A stretch of 64,000 nt of DNA from Alphaproteobacteria bacterium (lineage in GTDB: Bacteria; Pseudomonadota; Alphaproteobacteria; GCA-2731375). The stretch lies in assembly GCA_965225945.1 (NCBI GenBank), contig CBDDBZ010000039.1, positions 1 through 64,000 on the forward strand, read 5' to 3'. The translations under genes were made by a program, and so were the position numbers. The notes below the pieces were generated by a model. It did no database searches. It was not told the origin of the DNA and saw only the letters and a list, made by a program, of their open reading frames with translations. Positions 62,871 through 64,000 of the stretch are shown here, one piece after another; positions within the stretch are counted from its first letter, which is position 1; every line of letters starts with the position of its first letter.

Positions 62871-63236
62871 ATGGCCTATGACGCGAGCAACGTCTTCCGC
62901 AAGATCATCGACGGCGAGATTCCGTGCCGGAAGGTCTTCGAAAACAGCCACGCGCTGGCCTTTCACGACGTCAACCCGGTCATGCCGGTCCACGTGCTGG
63001 TGATCCCCAAGGGCCGCTACGCCACGATGGTCGAATTCGCCCGCGATGCCAGCGCCGAGGAGCAGGCCGACCTGGTCCGCGCCATGGGCGAGGTCGCGCG
63101 CCTCATGGGCGTGGCGGAGAGCGGCTGCCGGCTGATCGCCAACAACGGCGCGGACGGGCGCCAGGAGGTGGGGCATCTGCACTTCCACGTCCTCGGCGGC
63201 ACGCGAATCGGCGGCCGCTTGGTCAAGCTGGATTGA
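62871..63236 (+). CDS. hinT: Histidine triad nucleotide-binding protein
   Basis: NVFRKII.GEIP, AFHDVNP, HVLVIPK, GHLHFHVLGG. Confidence 0.92.
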   Translation: MAYDASNVFRKIIDGEIPCRKVFENSHALAFHDVNPVMPVHVLVIPKGRYATMVEFARDASAEEQADLVRAMGEVARLMGVAESGCRLIANNGADGRQEVGHLHFHVLGGTRIGGRLVKLD

Positions 63237-63261
63237 GGTCGGGCACGACGCGCCAGCGGAT

Positions 63262-63349
63262 CATGCCGCTCCTCGACGAGCCGCACGAAGGCCTGGCGCC
63301 GATCGTCGCCCGCGACAGGGTGAAGGCCATCAACAGGCTTAGAGCATGA
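63262..63349 (+). pseudogene. Relic of an ABC transporter ATPase (LivF-like Walker B/D-loop)
   Basis: LLDEPHEGLAPIV...AINRLR. Confidence 0.5.
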
Positions 63350-63547
63350 TCCGACCATATGGTGTTTTTGGGCTCCATGGAGCAGTTCGATCGCGACCGC
63401 GAGATCGCGCGTTGCTGCCTTATGGTGGTACAATAGGCCGACAACTCGCGCCATCGTCGGCATTCGGCGCCGCGGGGGATCGAATTCGGCGCCGATTGCT
63501 CATATGATCGCTTCACATTCGGTCCGATATGCGGCAGAATAATCTAA
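63339..63547. repeat. Degenerate MITE-like intergenic element
   Basis: Begins TTAGAGCATGATCCGACCATATGG and ends ...GATATGCGGCAGAATAATCTAA (imperfect IR); internal hairpins. Confidence 0.4.
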
Positions 63548-63817
63548 CGTAAATTCGATATTCATGTGGCCACCGATGGTCGACATGGTCTCGGCCTTGG
63601 GCCCGGCCAGCGACCCCGGCGGTGATGGTTCGACATCGAACGCATGGAATCGGCCCGCCGTCGTGTGGGGGATGAATGGCGAGGCGGCCGGGAGGGGTGT
63701 CTGGACGAAGCTCGGACGCTCGGCGGCCAACGCCCGAGGCGTCGGGTCGGCTCGAAAGAGGCCGAACGGCGCGCGAAGGTGGTGACGATGAACGGCTATG
63801 CGAGGAGGGGAACAATC

Positions 63818-63982
63818 ATGGATCTCGAAACGGAACCAGTCCAGGAAGCCATCGATCGACCGACCAACGATCGGCCGACGGAACGGCCATGCCTTTGTTG
63901 TAACAAGATATTCTCCAGTGCGGGCTGGGCCAATCGGCTCTGCAACGATTGCAAGCGACGGGACGGACGGCCTTACTTCTGA
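63818..63982 (+). CDS. Small Cys4 zinc-binding protein
   Basis: RPCLCC..IFSS.GW.NRLCNDCK; GAGGAGGGG RBS upstream. Confidence 0.7.
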   Translation: MDLETEPVQEAIDRPTNDRPTERPCLCCNKIFSSAGWANRLCNDCKRRDGRPYF

Positions 63983-64000
63983 GCCACGGCGCCGCGCGCT

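Noticed and set aside
60520-64000. Genomic island integrated at tRNA-Arg
   Set aside because: No integrase and no duplicated tRNA 3' end seen in the window.

Overview
GC-rich (about 70% by eye) chromosomal segment of an alphaproteobacterium, judged from the conserved murA-DUF2948-hisG-hisD-UPF0262-infA-maf-RNase E/G-yacG block, an RpoH-type hslVU promoter and hisE-hinT. The first 11.6 kb is a near-perfect inverted duplication (position x mirrors 11621-x) covering a methyltransferase, an MFS transporter, hslUV and an aquaporin. It folds back at a 13-bp microhomology inside a hypothetical gene. Only the left arm carries a 755-bp transposase-less IS1595-like cassette (43-bp TIRs, 8-bp target duplication, LRV-repeat passenger); the right arm shows the empty site. 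The rest is mostly catabolic and housekeeping genes plus tRNA-Arg(CCT). The best biological leads are (1) an AhpD-like selenoprotein candidate split by an in-frame UGA in a C-x-x-U motif with a SECIS-like hairpin, (2) the IS1595-derived cassette, and (3) a soluble multi-PAS adenylate cyclase paired with a small membrane protein that carries the same PAS-like module. Two single-base frameshifts and the fold-back mean assembly artefacts cannot be excluded. All family assignments come from motif recognition, not database searches.
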